Origin: Raja brachyura
Lineage: Eukaryota
DNA length: 47,861 bases
NCBI GenBank assembly: GCA_963514005.1
Contig: OY740812.1
Location: 2,108,001 to 2,155,861, forward strand
Direction: 5' to 3'
Positions 13,511-25,828 of the stretch are shown here, one piece after another. Numbering within the stretch: the first letter of the stretch is position 1; every line of letters starts with the position of its first letter. Made by a program: the position numbers and the translations under genes. The notes beneath the pieces were generated by a model. That model was not told the origin of the DNA. It made no database searches and saw only the letters and a list, made by a program, of their open reading frames with translations.

Positions 13511-14292
13511 AGGTTACCCATTGCTTCCTTGGTTGATGTTAAAAAAAAAAATTCCAGATCAAAAAAAAAAAATTCCTGAATCCAAATATTAATGTGACTT
13601 ACTTAAATTATAAGACGCGGAGCGACCGGTTTCAGTTTGGAGGTTTGGTTTGATCGATTATTTAGGTAAAATTTGAAGAAAATCGATTCGTTTACTGCAG
13701 GTTGGAATCAGATTACTGTGGAAAACTCATTTGTCAAAACAACATTTTTTTTGTGGCCCGTTTACGTTCTAATAAAGCTTGCTATAACTTCCTATAATCG
13801 ATATCCACCTTCAGACCGGTCGCTGGTCGGGGCACAATCTCTAGGAACTATTTTCCCAATAGGAAATTGCAACGGTCTGATACACACAAACAAAAAAAAA
13901 ATGTGCTCACACTATTATTGTTGCAATATTATTGCTCGCAAATATTGCAGCGTGGATAGCTACTTGTTCTTTTGCAAAGGGAGGGTTTAAAAGGGGGGGG
14001 GGGGGAGACAGGAATGTGAGTGCAAGTGAGGCAAGTTTACTCTGATGCTAATAATGAAACTCAGAAAGACAAAATCGAGTCAAATGTGTGATGGCTATGT
14101 ATTATTGATACTCTGATGAGCACACTTTTCAATAACATTATCCGCCCACCTATCTGTTTGTTTGGCTGTTGCGATATGGCGTGCTTAGTTAAAATATATT
14201 TTTTGCTAAATCCCACTTTTAATAAAATCCATTTACAAGGAAAAAGAAACCAAGCCAGTTCACAGTTGTGCTTTTTTTTTGCGCTGGTAAAG

Positions 14293-14298
14293 TTTATT
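14293..14298 (-). terminator. Candidate HoxB8 polyadenylation signal (AATAAA)
   Basis: TTTATT on the plus strand about 640 nt after the stop and downstream of the miR-196 site. Confidence 0.55.
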
Positions 14299-14566
14299 GT
14301 CCCCCTTTCCGCCGCTTGCATGTTCAAACAATAGTCCAATTCTGTGTATAACAATAATGCATCACCGCTCCGACCACCTCGCCGCACCTCCCCCAACTCC
14401 CCTCGCGTTTACAGTAGGTTTTCTCACAGTTAAAACTGAAGGATTGTTTTCTCCACGTTTCGTAAAAAAGAAAAAACAGACTTTGCCATGCCATCTTGAG
14501 GAAAACAATTTCATAAATACACGAAAGCCGTAAACAATAACACTTTCTAAATAGCTAAAGCTTAAA

Positions 14567-14588
14567 TAGGCAGCTTCATGTTGTTGGG
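14567..14588 (-). promoter_or_regulatory. Extensively complementary miR-196 site (slicing-type) in the HoxB8 3'UTR
   Basis: mRNA CCCAACAACAUGAAGCUGCCUA pairs with all 22 nt of UAGGUAGUUUCAUGUUGUUGGG, with G:U wobbles at miRNA positions 5 and 8. miR-196-directed cleavage of HOXB8 is established in mammals. Confidence 0.93.
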
Positions 14589-14935
14589 ATTTTTTAAGCT
14601 AATAGTTATTAGCTGATGTAGTGCAGACGGCTTAAATATACTACAATGCTATTTCAACACACAAACTAGTACATTGTTCTATAAACTTCACGTTAAATAC
14701 TTTACAGAAACTCACTTAAATAGCTAGACTGTTACACAATGACATGTACATGTCTGGTACAAAGTTGAAATGGTCCCATTAGTCTACATCTTCATACATT
14801 TCCGTACAATGGTTTTTTTTTGTATTATACAGTATTCAGTAACATTTGTTCTGCTTTTCACACCCACACAACTTAAAATTTGTCAACCTTATCCCATCAT
14901 TTCCCTTCCTTATTTTGTCGAATGGTTAGTTGTTA

Positions 14936-15222
14936 TCATTGCTGTTCGTCGTGGTCTTCATCTTCCTTTACTTCCTTCTCTTTCGGACTCTCCTCTATTT
15001 CGGACTTACTGCTGGGAAACTTATCCTTGTTGTTTTCCTTTTTCCATTTCATTCTCCTGTTCTGGAACCAAATTTTGACTTGCCTCTCGGTCAGTCCCAG
15101 GGCGTGTGACACTTCGATCCGCCGTTTGCGAGTCAAATATGGATTGAACAAAAACTCCTTCTCAAGTTCGAGTGTCTGATAACGACTGTACGTTTGTCTT
15201 CCTCTACGCCGTCCTGCAGCTA
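14936..15222 (-). CDS. HOXB8: HoxB8 exon 2 (homeodomain)
   Basis: Translates to (V)[72 protein letters not shown]...EQQ*. The tandem acceptor CAG/TAG allows the exon to start at 15222 or 15219. Confidence 0.95.
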
Positions 15223-15233
15223 CTGAGTAACAT

Positions 15234-15545
15234 AGGGAGGGAGAGAGGGAGAGGGAGAGGGGGATAGAGAGAGAGAGGGGGGGGGGGGGGGGGGGAGAGA
15301 AAGAGAGAAAGAGAGGGAGAGACATTGAGAGAAAGAGAAAAGAGAGAAAGGAGGGAATAGAGTGCGGAGGGAAAGAGGGGGAGAAAGTGGGGGAAAGAGA
15401 GAGAGAGAGGGTGTGAGAGAAATAGAGAATGAGGAAGGGAGATAGAGAGAGGGAAAGAGAGGGAGAAAGAGAGTGGTGGTGGTGGGGGGGGGGGGTGAAG
15501 AGAGGAAGAGAGAGAAAAGGGAGAGAGGAGAAAAGATGGAGAAAC
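15234..15545 (+). repeat. GA-rich polypurine tract (polypyrimidine in the HoxB8 pre-mRNA)
   Basis: About 310 nt of almost only G and A on the plus strand, including long G runs. Confidence 0.95.
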
Positions 15546-15632
15546 AGTCAGCTTCTGTAAGTGTTATAGAAGGGTAACCTAAACAACATTCAAACACTAT
15601 TAAACATTATTCAACAACTTGGGATGAAATAC

Positions 15633-15777
15633 GCCATAAAATTGCAATAAAGCTACAAAGAGCACGTAATATACTACACTTAAATACGCCTTCAGGATCA
15701 TTAAAGTATAAAGTAATTTACAAGTGTTGAAGTTTAGAATCATAAAACACTAAAGTTACAGTCTTTCCTTTATTGGC
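15633..15777. promoter_or_regulatory. Intronic Hox/Cdx motif cluster in HoxB8
   Basis: GCCATAAAA at 15633, GCAATAAA at 15644, ATCATAAAA at 15739 and TTTATTGGC at 15769. Such clusters are typical of Hox introns. Confidence 0.5.
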
Positions 15778-15927
15778 TCAGGAAATGAACCTTACTGCCT
15801 TTATTTTAATGTGTGCCTGTGTGTGTGTGTGTGTGAGAGAGAGAGTGAGTGCCCGTGTGCGAGAGACTTTACCCCTTATCCTCGCTTTCTCCCCTTTTTT
15901 TAAATCTCTTGTTGGCTCATATCTCAC

Positions 15928-16354
15928 CTTGCGGTCTCATCCACGGGAAGAGCTGTGTCGGAGATGAGCTCTGTTCTGAATTCTCTGCTTCTTCTCCTAG
16001 GCTGTTCGCCGTCGACTTACAGTCGGGATATTGAACCAGCTCGGCCTCTTGTTGTGCGGCGAAAATTGGCTGCCTCTGCAAGGCATCGTAGCCGTAGAAA
16101 CTGCCGGGATCCCCGTGACACGTCACCGTACACGGATTCTGTTGATACGCGGAGGTGGAGAGAGTGGCTGCGCCGTGATGGTAAAAATCCTGGATCTGAC
16201 CGGGGTGTTGGAAGCTTCCCCCGCTGCCCGGTCCATAGACCACGGTGGCTCTAGTACCCAGGTCTTGGCTGAACCCGCAGTCATAATAATTGGGGCGCAG
16301 GGAGTCCCCACTTTTATACTTGGAAAACAGCGAATTCACAAAGTAGGAGCTCAT
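15928..16354 (-). CDS. HOXB8: HoxB8 exon 1
   Basis: [28 protein letters not shown]...[12 protein letters not shown]. Donor G|GTGAGA at 15928/15927; 427 nt, phase 1. Confidence 0.96.
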
Positions 16355-17593
16355 CTGGAAAGGACTAGGTCTTTCAGCTGAACACAGGGAACTTAGTGTT
16401 TGGTAAACAGACAATCAAACAAGCCAAGGATTTTTTTTTCTGGAAAAATTAAGCCTTCATCTTATTGATCTTAACACACGGGATCCAGGCATCACATCTT
16501 CCTGAAGAGATTCGCTCATAAACCGTTTTCTGTGATTTACTTCAGCCCAAATGAGTTGTTTCATATTTTGCAGTCTCTTTTCATGATAATTTGCATTTAT
16601 TAGCCCGACCACGTCCTATTGGCTTTGCTTACTCCGTACGGACACTGTACCGCGTGAAAAGGGAATGGTGAGAGAGAGAGAGAGGGAATGGGAGAAAGAT
16701 AGAGAGGGGGGAATATGCGGATTAATATATTCCACCGTGTTCATTACTGGGATATCAGCCGCTTTACAACAGATGAAATACATACGCCACCAAAAGATTG
16801 ATAAGGGGACGTATCTATGCTGTTGTGAAGTAGAGGATGGAGAGAGACGGTAATTTCCAAACCATTTAATGAGTATATGCGTCTCTTTGAAAGGTCAGAG
16901 TTACATCAACAAGACATGGAAGTACAGTGGCAAAACCTAAAATCTAATTACCATCAACATTGGACCTAATTGCTATATTTCCTCCCAAGTTATTGCAATT
17001 GTGGCGACATGTCCAGCAGCACTCGTATGCAAATTATTGGGGATTTTTTAAAAACATATATATATATTTAATCTTAATAAGGAGTTCTAGTGGTATTTAA
17101 CAATTTAATGACCCGTTTGCCTATTATTAATAAAGCCCTTTATCTGGTGCTTGGACGGGTTCTGGAACAGTTACAGCCATCTGAGAACTATGTGAAAGAG
17201 ATTAAGGAACTGTAAAGCGCAATAAAAGCGCAGCCTGTTATTGTTTATAACATGCACGGAACGGCAGTTAGTGATTTTATGAGACGCTCTGTGCTGAGCA
17301 GTAAAATATAGGGGTTTTGAAGTGGACTCTCTCTGACCGCTTACTATTTTAAACCATAAACTTATACATAAATAGTATATATATGCAACAACGTTTAATA
17401 TAAAAAAAGGAATTATGGACTAGTCCCTACGGGCTTGCAATGTATATTGCAAATTTGGCCTCATTAAAGTTGTTTTAGCTACCAACAGACACAACATTCT
17501 CCTTCCTTCTGCCGGCAAGTGTAATGGCTCCAAATAAAGCAGAGACTTAAATAGAGCTGCTTCGAACCCTTTTTATGCTTTGTATGTAATAAA

Positions 17594-17594
<1 letters not shown>

Positions 17595-17674
<80 letters not shown>

Positions 17675-17690
17675 TTTGTGTGTGTGGGAG
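17595..17690 (+). repeat. (TG)n microsatellite abutting an assembly gap
   Basis: Direct reading. Confidence 0.95.
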
Positions 17691-17691
17691 T

Positions 17692-17911
17692 NNNNNNNNN
17701 NNNNNNNNNNNNNNNNNNNNNNNNNNNNNNNNNNNNNNNNNNNNNNNNNNNNNNNNNNNNNNNNNNNNNNNNNNNNNNNNNNNNNNNNNNNNNNNNNNNN
17801 NNNNNNNNNNNNNNNNNNNNNNNNNNNNNNNNNNNNNNNNNNNNNNNNNNNNNNNNNNNNNNNNNNNNNNNNNNNNNNNNNNNNNNNNNNNNNNNNNNNN
17901 NNNNNNNNNNN
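17692..17911. other. Assembly gap (N run)
   Basis: Run of N. Confidence 0.99.
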
Positions 17912-20900
17912 GTGCGTTTGTGGATACAATTGAAATTATTTGCAACGAAATGACAATGCAACCTAAAATCCAATATTAACTTGAATGAAACTCTGGCAAT
18001 CCTAGGCCATATTTGTAACCATCGTTTGCTATTAAACCCTTGAAGAAAACCAGTGATAATGAAATATAGTGAATCCAATGTTATTTTTTAAGTGTTATCA
18101 TTTATTTGTGACGATTGACTGTGAACTACTTCCAACTAATATGAAAGCCAGGAGAACAACGCCGAAACCTTTCCCGGTAAATAGACCCAATACTTTGGTT
18201 TTGAGGACAAGTTAACAAGATGCTCAGCTCGCTTTAACGGGTCATGCAAGGCATATCATATGCAATCATACATTTTAATCAGAATACTCCCGCTACTTTG
18301 AGTAGGCAATCAGAATATCCATGTCCAAACAGAAGCCTAATGCAAATCAACAGCTTTCTCCCCCTCGTCATAGTTTAAAAGTTAGTTTAAAATTTAACTT
18401 ATTTGAACGGCAAGTGAAAAATCAAACTTTCGGCCACCAATCCCACTGCATTTATCCAATATAACCACAGTTATTGCGTCTTTAGTTATTCATTCATTTC
18501 CACCGATCTCCCTACCCGTGCAACCTATTTCCGACTACTTATTTTGTGATATTTAAATAGGACGATTTGCTCTAAGTATCTGCCAGTGTGGCTGCATTAA
18601 AGATGAAAATTCTGACGATTTCTGAGCTGTCTATTTCGATTCGATTTTGCAAAGAGGGACACTGGAAATGACGAGGACCTGAACGAACTGGTACCGGAAA
18701 AGTAACACGTCCAAAGTTATTGTGTAGAAGTAGTTGGGATTATTACAGATAGCGGGTTATTATAATGGCGCTCTGTTGGTCAGTGAAATATGGTCAACTG
18801 ATCGAATATGAAAAGTGATTCAAATATATTCACCGAAGGTAGTTAGTTATGTGAAATACTTAACAACTTTGAAACAAGATTCGATTCTGGACATCTTCAC
18901 GTTTTCAAACGTGCAGTTGCATTAAACTTCAGATTTTTTAAGGGGTGTGAGAACAGATAAATTCTGATCTGCAATCGTTCACTAAAAGGCCTCCCTTTGA
19001 AAGTTTGTCCTATACATTTACCTTTACCTGCCTTTCCCTGAGTGAAATTAAAATAATTTAACACTGCCCCACTTTTCCACAAGATTACAGGAAAACTTCA
19101 GATTGTTCCCTCTTGTTACATTCATTTTAGAAATGCCTCTTACTTATCGTATTGGTCCATTAATACAACATAGCTTATCCCCCCACCCGCCCCCCCCCCC
19201 CCCCCCACCCCCCGCAGGTTACATGCAATATTGTTAAATATAACTGATTTTTTTTTGTTCGATTTAAGCCGATAAAAGTTTTGTTTGAATGCGATTTTGC
19301 TGCAACATAGACTGACAAGATTATTACCAACCCCGCGAAAAACGCACGGAGATACCTGGTTTGAACGCGGTCCTCTTGTAACTACATTTGGTTAATTAGC
19401 TGATGAATTTTTAGAGCGTTTTCGCGAAACTGATATCAGACAGCAAAAAAAGTCCACAACTTGCGAATGTCCATCCCGCGAAGACACACGTGACTGTTGT
19501 TCTATGATGAGGTATTGCGGCCGTGACGTATTTGGATGGTTCTGGGATGTTTGGTTCATATTGCGGACTTCTCAGCATCTTGTGCTTTTAATAATGTTAT
19601 CACACTATCAGCAACGTGCATCATTGTATGAGTTTAGTTCAATTTTATCGGAAAGTATTCACAATTGCACATCTTCAGTTTGGATTTGAGCATTTAAATA
19701 TTGTGCCTTTAGAAAGCGGCATTTTGTAAACTCTTTGGCTCCACATACATAAACACACACACTAAGGTGCCTGCACATGCACACACACACACACACAGCA
19801 ACACGCACACATGCACACAAACATACATGTACACGAAGTTGTCACACAAAACGATAAATATAATTTTGAAATCTATTCGGGAAACAAATCAATTTCTACA
19901 TAAATAGTTTCCCGAAATGTTTATATATATTTCTGAAGCCAATGTTCTTGGGAGTATTTCACAAAATTCATGAACACACGCACACACACTATATATATAG
20001 TTTAATATATATATATATACATATATATATAGTGTGTTCTTATATATGTAACATGGACCATGGAACATTACTGCGAAGTAGCACTAGTATTGGCTTGTGC
20101 CGAGACACCATTTCTTTTCCCACTGACGACCAGTTCAATTGCTAAATGGAATAACACAAATAAAACGCAGTTAATTGTGTATCTGTGCGCTTGTGCCGCC
20201 TTAATGGGATAAATGTTGATAATTTAACGGATGAATAGCATCTCACTGGAGTTTAATCAGGAATTAATAGAATGCGAGCATCACATACGAAAGGGAAAAC
20301 ATCCTCGAAATTGTCTTGTTTGAATTTCAAACTCGCCAGCTTGGTGTGCATAGTGAGTCGTGAACCCATAGCCACACATCCTGCACACAACACCCTCAAA
20401 TAGGAATTGTACATGGTCGTAATTGCAAATTATTAATTACATATATCCGCAGTTCTCGGTGGAGATTTCAAAGAGTTAAAATGTAAAATTGTCCTCAAGT
20501 GATTGTACTCGGAGCTTTAATCTTACATTTCTGCTCCCCCCCCCCCCCCCCTCCCCCGCCCACTGCTCTCAAAGTATGGGCCACGGATGGACCATGAAGA
20601 ATATGTATATATGCAGTCCGGGAAAATAAGACAGAATGAATGGAAAGCACTCTAGAATAAAATAAACAGGGACAGAACCAGATTTTAAAAACGTGCTAAA
20701 ACGTTCCCTTCATTTTTGAGGCAGGTCTAGTCCCGAGGTTGAAGTCAGTCCTATTTTGTCAGAAACCTATTTCAAATGACTGCTGTTCCTCAACCTTTTT
20801 GTTATAAACACACCAAGACTGCATTTCGCTTTCAACCTGAACGCGGCAGATCAATCTAAAGCTGAATCGCAAAACTTTTCAAAATGGTGTCAAGGATAAA

Positions 20901-21688
20901 AAACGAAACCAATCAGGTCTGAGATGAATGAAACACGAAGGTCTGGAAATGCCTGGAAGAAATGTCCATGCATGTGTGGGATTTGGTTTGTTGAATGGAA
21001 GACCGTCACACAAATAATAATCAATATGCGTGAAGCAGTCTAAAGATGCATCCAGTGCATTGAGATGTGAGGACCTAACGGGGCTGAAAGTTCATTTGGA
21101 ATCTATGCACCCAGATAAGATAATATCTACCCAAAGCACGGCCTTTGAGCAAAGAAAGGAACGTTATTTTCCTATCGTTTTGTATTAGGCAGTCGCAAAG
21201 CTCACAGTTTGCTCGCTATCTAGCTGTGCAAAGGATAATTTGAAGACATCATCTTAAACATTTTGCACATTTCCCAGATGTTTCAAGCGTCGGAAAATTC
21301 TCTGCAATAGAGCAGTCTCCTTCCTTTTATTGTCCAATGCCGTGGGATATCTTCTCAAAAATGGCCGAATTTATTTATCCGTAAGTTCTTGAGACTTACT
21401 AAAGCATTTCAAAAAATAATAAAGGCATGAACCATGAAAGTCGCGTTACTCTCCCAAATAAGGTTCTGTAATATTTTGAAGACAATTGGGGCAAAATATC
21501 TGATTAGAACAAAGCTCTAGCAAACATTTTCCGACATGTTATGCTTCTTTTTTTTGTGCAACGGGATCGAGCAAGAATGAAGGTGGCGTGTTAGAACTAT
21601 GCTTGTTAAGTACATAAAGGCTTCCGAATCCTGGATTAGTGGACTAGCGGAAGGTGAATGGGGCATGGTTGAGTTCGGTGGAACACTG

Positions 21689-21702
21689 CTGCCACCTACT
21701 GG
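21689..21702 (-). promoter_or_regulatory. Candidate CTCF site between HoxB8 and HoxB9
   Basis: Minus-strand CCAGTAGGTGGCAG fits the CTCF core CCASYAGRKGGCRS without mismatch. Confidence 0.65.
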
Positions 21703-24700
21703 AAATTATGGGAGTTATTGTCGACTTGTAAAAACAGTGCAGGGTGAAATAGCACTGGCAAAAATATGCGCAATTGAGTGATAAAATCTCACGGTAAAGA
21801 ATTCATTAGCCTCGGGCCGCGGCGAAGCAAAAGTGTTTCAAGTCTTCAGTTCCATCGTCTTATGCAGAGGAGAGGTGGACAATGCCAATAAACCGCATCC
21901 TCGTAAAGTATTGGGAAGGATTGCTTCCAGCATACATTCCTAAAAAGCAGTAAACGGGAGGAACAAGCGGGTAAAGGAGCTAAAGAGCGCTTTGAGGTCT
22001 GATTTGTCGCCACCCCCAAGAGTAAACAATTGGGCATTTTACTTGAAAATACTTGGGCGCGGGCTGTAAACACAACCAGAGATTGTGAGCCAGACGTCTC
22101 GCCAGAATCTATATAGCTTTTTTATTGCAGTGATTTCTGGCAGCTTGGAATGGTTAGGAAGTAGAACAAAAGAGGGCGTCGCTTGCTTTAGGGTCTAAAA
22201 AGCATGTTGGCTTCACTGCAATATTCAGCTGGATTCATCCTTGAAATAAAATTCTTCGATATTTGCCCATAGAAATAAAATCTCATTTTATTACTTGCCA
22301 CCTCCAATTGTGAATTTAGTTTAATGGGTTCTGAAAGTTTCCCCTTTGCTGTGTTTGTTTAACAGACGTTCAATTCTTAACCTTCAGAAATTTATACCCT
22401 ATAAACTTTTACAGCGGTCATATTATTTTATGGCAACACACACACTGGATTTCCTATAATGACAGACAACTTCCCAACCCCTCCTCCAGCAGCACCACCG
22501 TGCAAGACATTTCTGGTCTTTTTTAATATGCTTGTGTTTCCTGCGTTGGAAAAAAACATATTGAAATAGAAACTGCTGATATATTAGTCGTAATATATGA
22601 CATGCTGGCCCTGTAATTATTTTCATCTAGTCTTAGTGGAATCTGTTTCCAGCGCTCGCATAACCACTTTCCCTAATACGGATGTATTATAAAATATCGA
22701 ATCGTAGATTTAATTTTTAATATCCCCCTGACACATGCATAGCCTTTCCAATGAAATATCCTGAAGCTTTTAAGGTGGTGAACCCTCTTCCATCCCATTT
22801 AATTATAGATGGTTTCGTTATCAACAATAAGGTTTTGCAAGTATTATCAACCAGAAATGTCACCCAGCCTGATCACACGATGGAATTGATCTTCGAATTT
22901 CATTATATGTCGCATGATCAGATTTGTTTTTGACATGTGGTTGTGTAAAGGTACTTTGAGTAGTGTGCACCATTTTCAGTGTTCAATGTCTATCAGTAGA
23001 ATATCCCCATTTATGTTTAGGTCCAGACATACATGGCGAATATTATAGAGTAATTTAGCAACAATTCTGAAATATTTTCGTCAGTGATTTTATTTTACGA
23101 ATGGTTAATAAATATATAAATGTAAGGGATAGCGCGAAGTTTGTCAATTTCTCGAAGCAGTTTATGTAGTTCACCATACCAACCTCACCTTTTATACAAT
23201 AAAACATATTGTATATGTATACCAGAATGTATGCTTTCATTTTCAATGTCTCTATGTGTGTATGCATTAACCTATTGTCAGCCAGTCGTGTGGATGGAAT
23301 ATTCATAAACTGAACAAAACGGTTCTTAATATAATTTACTTGAACCTGGCAAATATATGTAAAAGCTGTTTAAAATTCTTGAAACAGAGGAAATAGTGTT
23401 GAAATTACATCACTTTAATTCCGAAATGTAAATTGTATAGGTCGGTTGACGAGACATTACTGAGCAGGCAACCATCTCTGTGAACCTTACAACTAAATCT
23501 GCAAGGCTCAGATAATGATGTTTTAATCCTAATAGTTATGTCAATTCTCAGAGAACGCCTTACATATAAATATGTGTTATTTTACATTTGAATCCGTCAG
23601 CCTTTAATTTTATTCCAATAACCACGTTGCTTAACATTCAGCGTGAGATAAGTGATGGAGTTTCATAGTTTATGGTATCAATTAGACAGTAAAGCGCATA
23701 AAGTAAGCAGCATCTAAATGCGGTTAACATTGGTGTCTGTACTTTAATTAATTAATCGGTCAAAACACTACAAAATAGTGAATTCTTCAGACCCCCTATC
23801 AATAAAATGATATGGAAAGTAATCTACAGTCTCTGCATTTTAATTTAATTTTGCACTAAAAGCTTTCGACCTCTTTTGGCATCGACTCCGGGTGACGTTC
23901 CTTAGTGCAGCTGGAGCATGTTGAGGTAGCATTGTTGAAAGGAACACATCGCCTTGTTTTTATTCCGCTTCTTCCCGGTAGCCGCATACATTCTCTGCCC
24001 CCGTGCTATTGAACTGACGCTTGGCTATTGTGTCCGCTGTGATGGAGAATTTATTGGAAAAGCCCAGGAATCGCATCATAAAATTACTGAAAGACTCTTG
24101 TGTCCGAGGCTGCGGCAGCGAATGCTGACGTTGTCTGCAACTATTTTCGCATGGTTCAGGGAATCAATATTTAGTCCTGTAGAGACTTTGAGAAATTGGG
24201 ATCAGTTTCTTCGTTCCAAATGCAGCCTTCCATTCCCGGTTGTCATTTATTTTCCAAACGCATTGGATAAATATAAACATTTTAGCTATGGTAGTGGGTT
24301 TGCACTAGGCCCAGGGACTTGATCGTGTTTACAACCAAAAACTAGGTAAGGCCTGGAAAGCAGACGCAAGGTCATGAGGAAACATGCACTTTTCATTTAT
24401 CAGCAGCATTTATTTTGCAGTATGTTTATCATACATTCACATATTTCCATCTATTGATTGTGGTGTTAGATGCACCGAGAACGGCGAGTTCAATTGTTAT
24501 TTACATCATTCAGTGGATTTCAATTCTTATTATTTCTATGATTAATAATATAAAATCACGTTAAATAGTGCAACCGCGCGCTGCTGCAGTTCCGGTAGAA
24601 AAACAAAAACTAGTAGAAGCCACCCAGATTTGGTGTGTTTATGCCATTCAGTTGATTGGATTATTCTAAATGTAAAATCGGCACAAATCTATACAGGTCA

Positions 24701-25828
24701 GAGTATAAACACCAGCTCCAACCGGACAGAGACATAAAATAAAAACACGCAGAAATATTTACAAATTCCCTTCAGGAATGTGTTTTTTTTTAAAACTAAA
24801 GTGTATCTCTTTTTAAATGATCTATTTGTTGATTTCCTTTCTTGCGTCGTGGTGGGTAATCGTAATCTGGGTAACTTCGTCAGATTATTCCTAGACTGTG
24901 TGCTTTCATAATGTTATGAAATCCTATCGTGTGCATTGTTAAATTTTCGTCTCGACCCTACTTGTCCTGTTTCCTAAGTATTAAGCCCTTATCTTAAAAA
25001 GCCACGTGGTACTTGTTGGAGCAGAGATATACAAAAACACTCAGCAAACATTACAGTCAACGAAACGTGACAACTGCTCGTTTCAACTTTGGGTGCGCGG
25101 TTCTGCGTTTTAAACCCATAAAGAAGACAGGCCCCAAACTCACCCCCAAAAAAACACAAACTAAAGTCTACAGAAATATACATCATAATGTACATCATCA
25201 TTCGGTTTAAATAGTAACCACAATTCTGTGTAAGAAAGCGTACCCCAAAATCAAAAATGACGAGGGGAGCCACTAGTAAAACAATCGCAGTGTGACGCGT
25301 TTAACAACGTGTTATTAAACATTCACCTTTGCCTGTAAACAGTTGATAGTAAGTCGTGTTAAATCAGTTCGATCGGAAAATATTACAATATATATAATCG
25401 TAGGTGAAAGATCATTTTCTCCAAAATGTGGATCTGCAGCGAGATCCGCCACAAAGACCGTTCCCCAAAAGATTCATAGAAATTGTAATAATTTATAAAT
25501 AACCTGAAATTTATTTTTAAACCGCCAAGAGGACTGAGTAGGAATAAAAGCTCGCTGCTCTCTCTGGCTAATAGAGGGTTGTGAATGAGAGGAAGTTGTA
25601 TCTCATAATATCCTGTCATAAAATTCTTTACACGTGACTCTATTCCCTGAATGAATGCTCTAAAATGTTCGGAATAAATAGCCGAATTGTTGGGTGTTAA
25701 TACCTTACATTCAGGCTATTCTTTGCTGTGTAAGCATGGTGATTTTTCTCTGAATTACTGTGGTTTACGGCTATGTTGCAGTGGGACCAATAATCGCCGG
25801 CGCGCCAAAGTTCCAAAACAATAACTCG

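Noticed and set aside
15220-15597. Leu/Ser/Pro-rich 125-aa ORF and the apparent N-terminus of the HoxB8 exon 2 ORF
   Set aside because: Read-through of the stop-poor polypyrimidine tract.
15955-16381. Antisense ORFs over HoxB8 exon 1 (similar ones overlie HoxB9 exon 2 and HoxB10 exon 1)
   Set aside because: Shadow frames of GC-rich coding sequence with no recognisable domain.
17479-18078. Long ORFs spanning N runs (also 26247-26747 and 31564-32001)
   Set aside because: Artefacts of assembly gaps and flanking microsatellites.
23922-23929. let-7 8mer match (plus-strand TGAGGTAG) downstream of HoxB9
   Set aside because: It lies 1.9 kb past the stop and beyond several AATAAA signals (e.g. 25515-25510), so it cannot be placed in the mRNA, and an 8mer is expected by chance.
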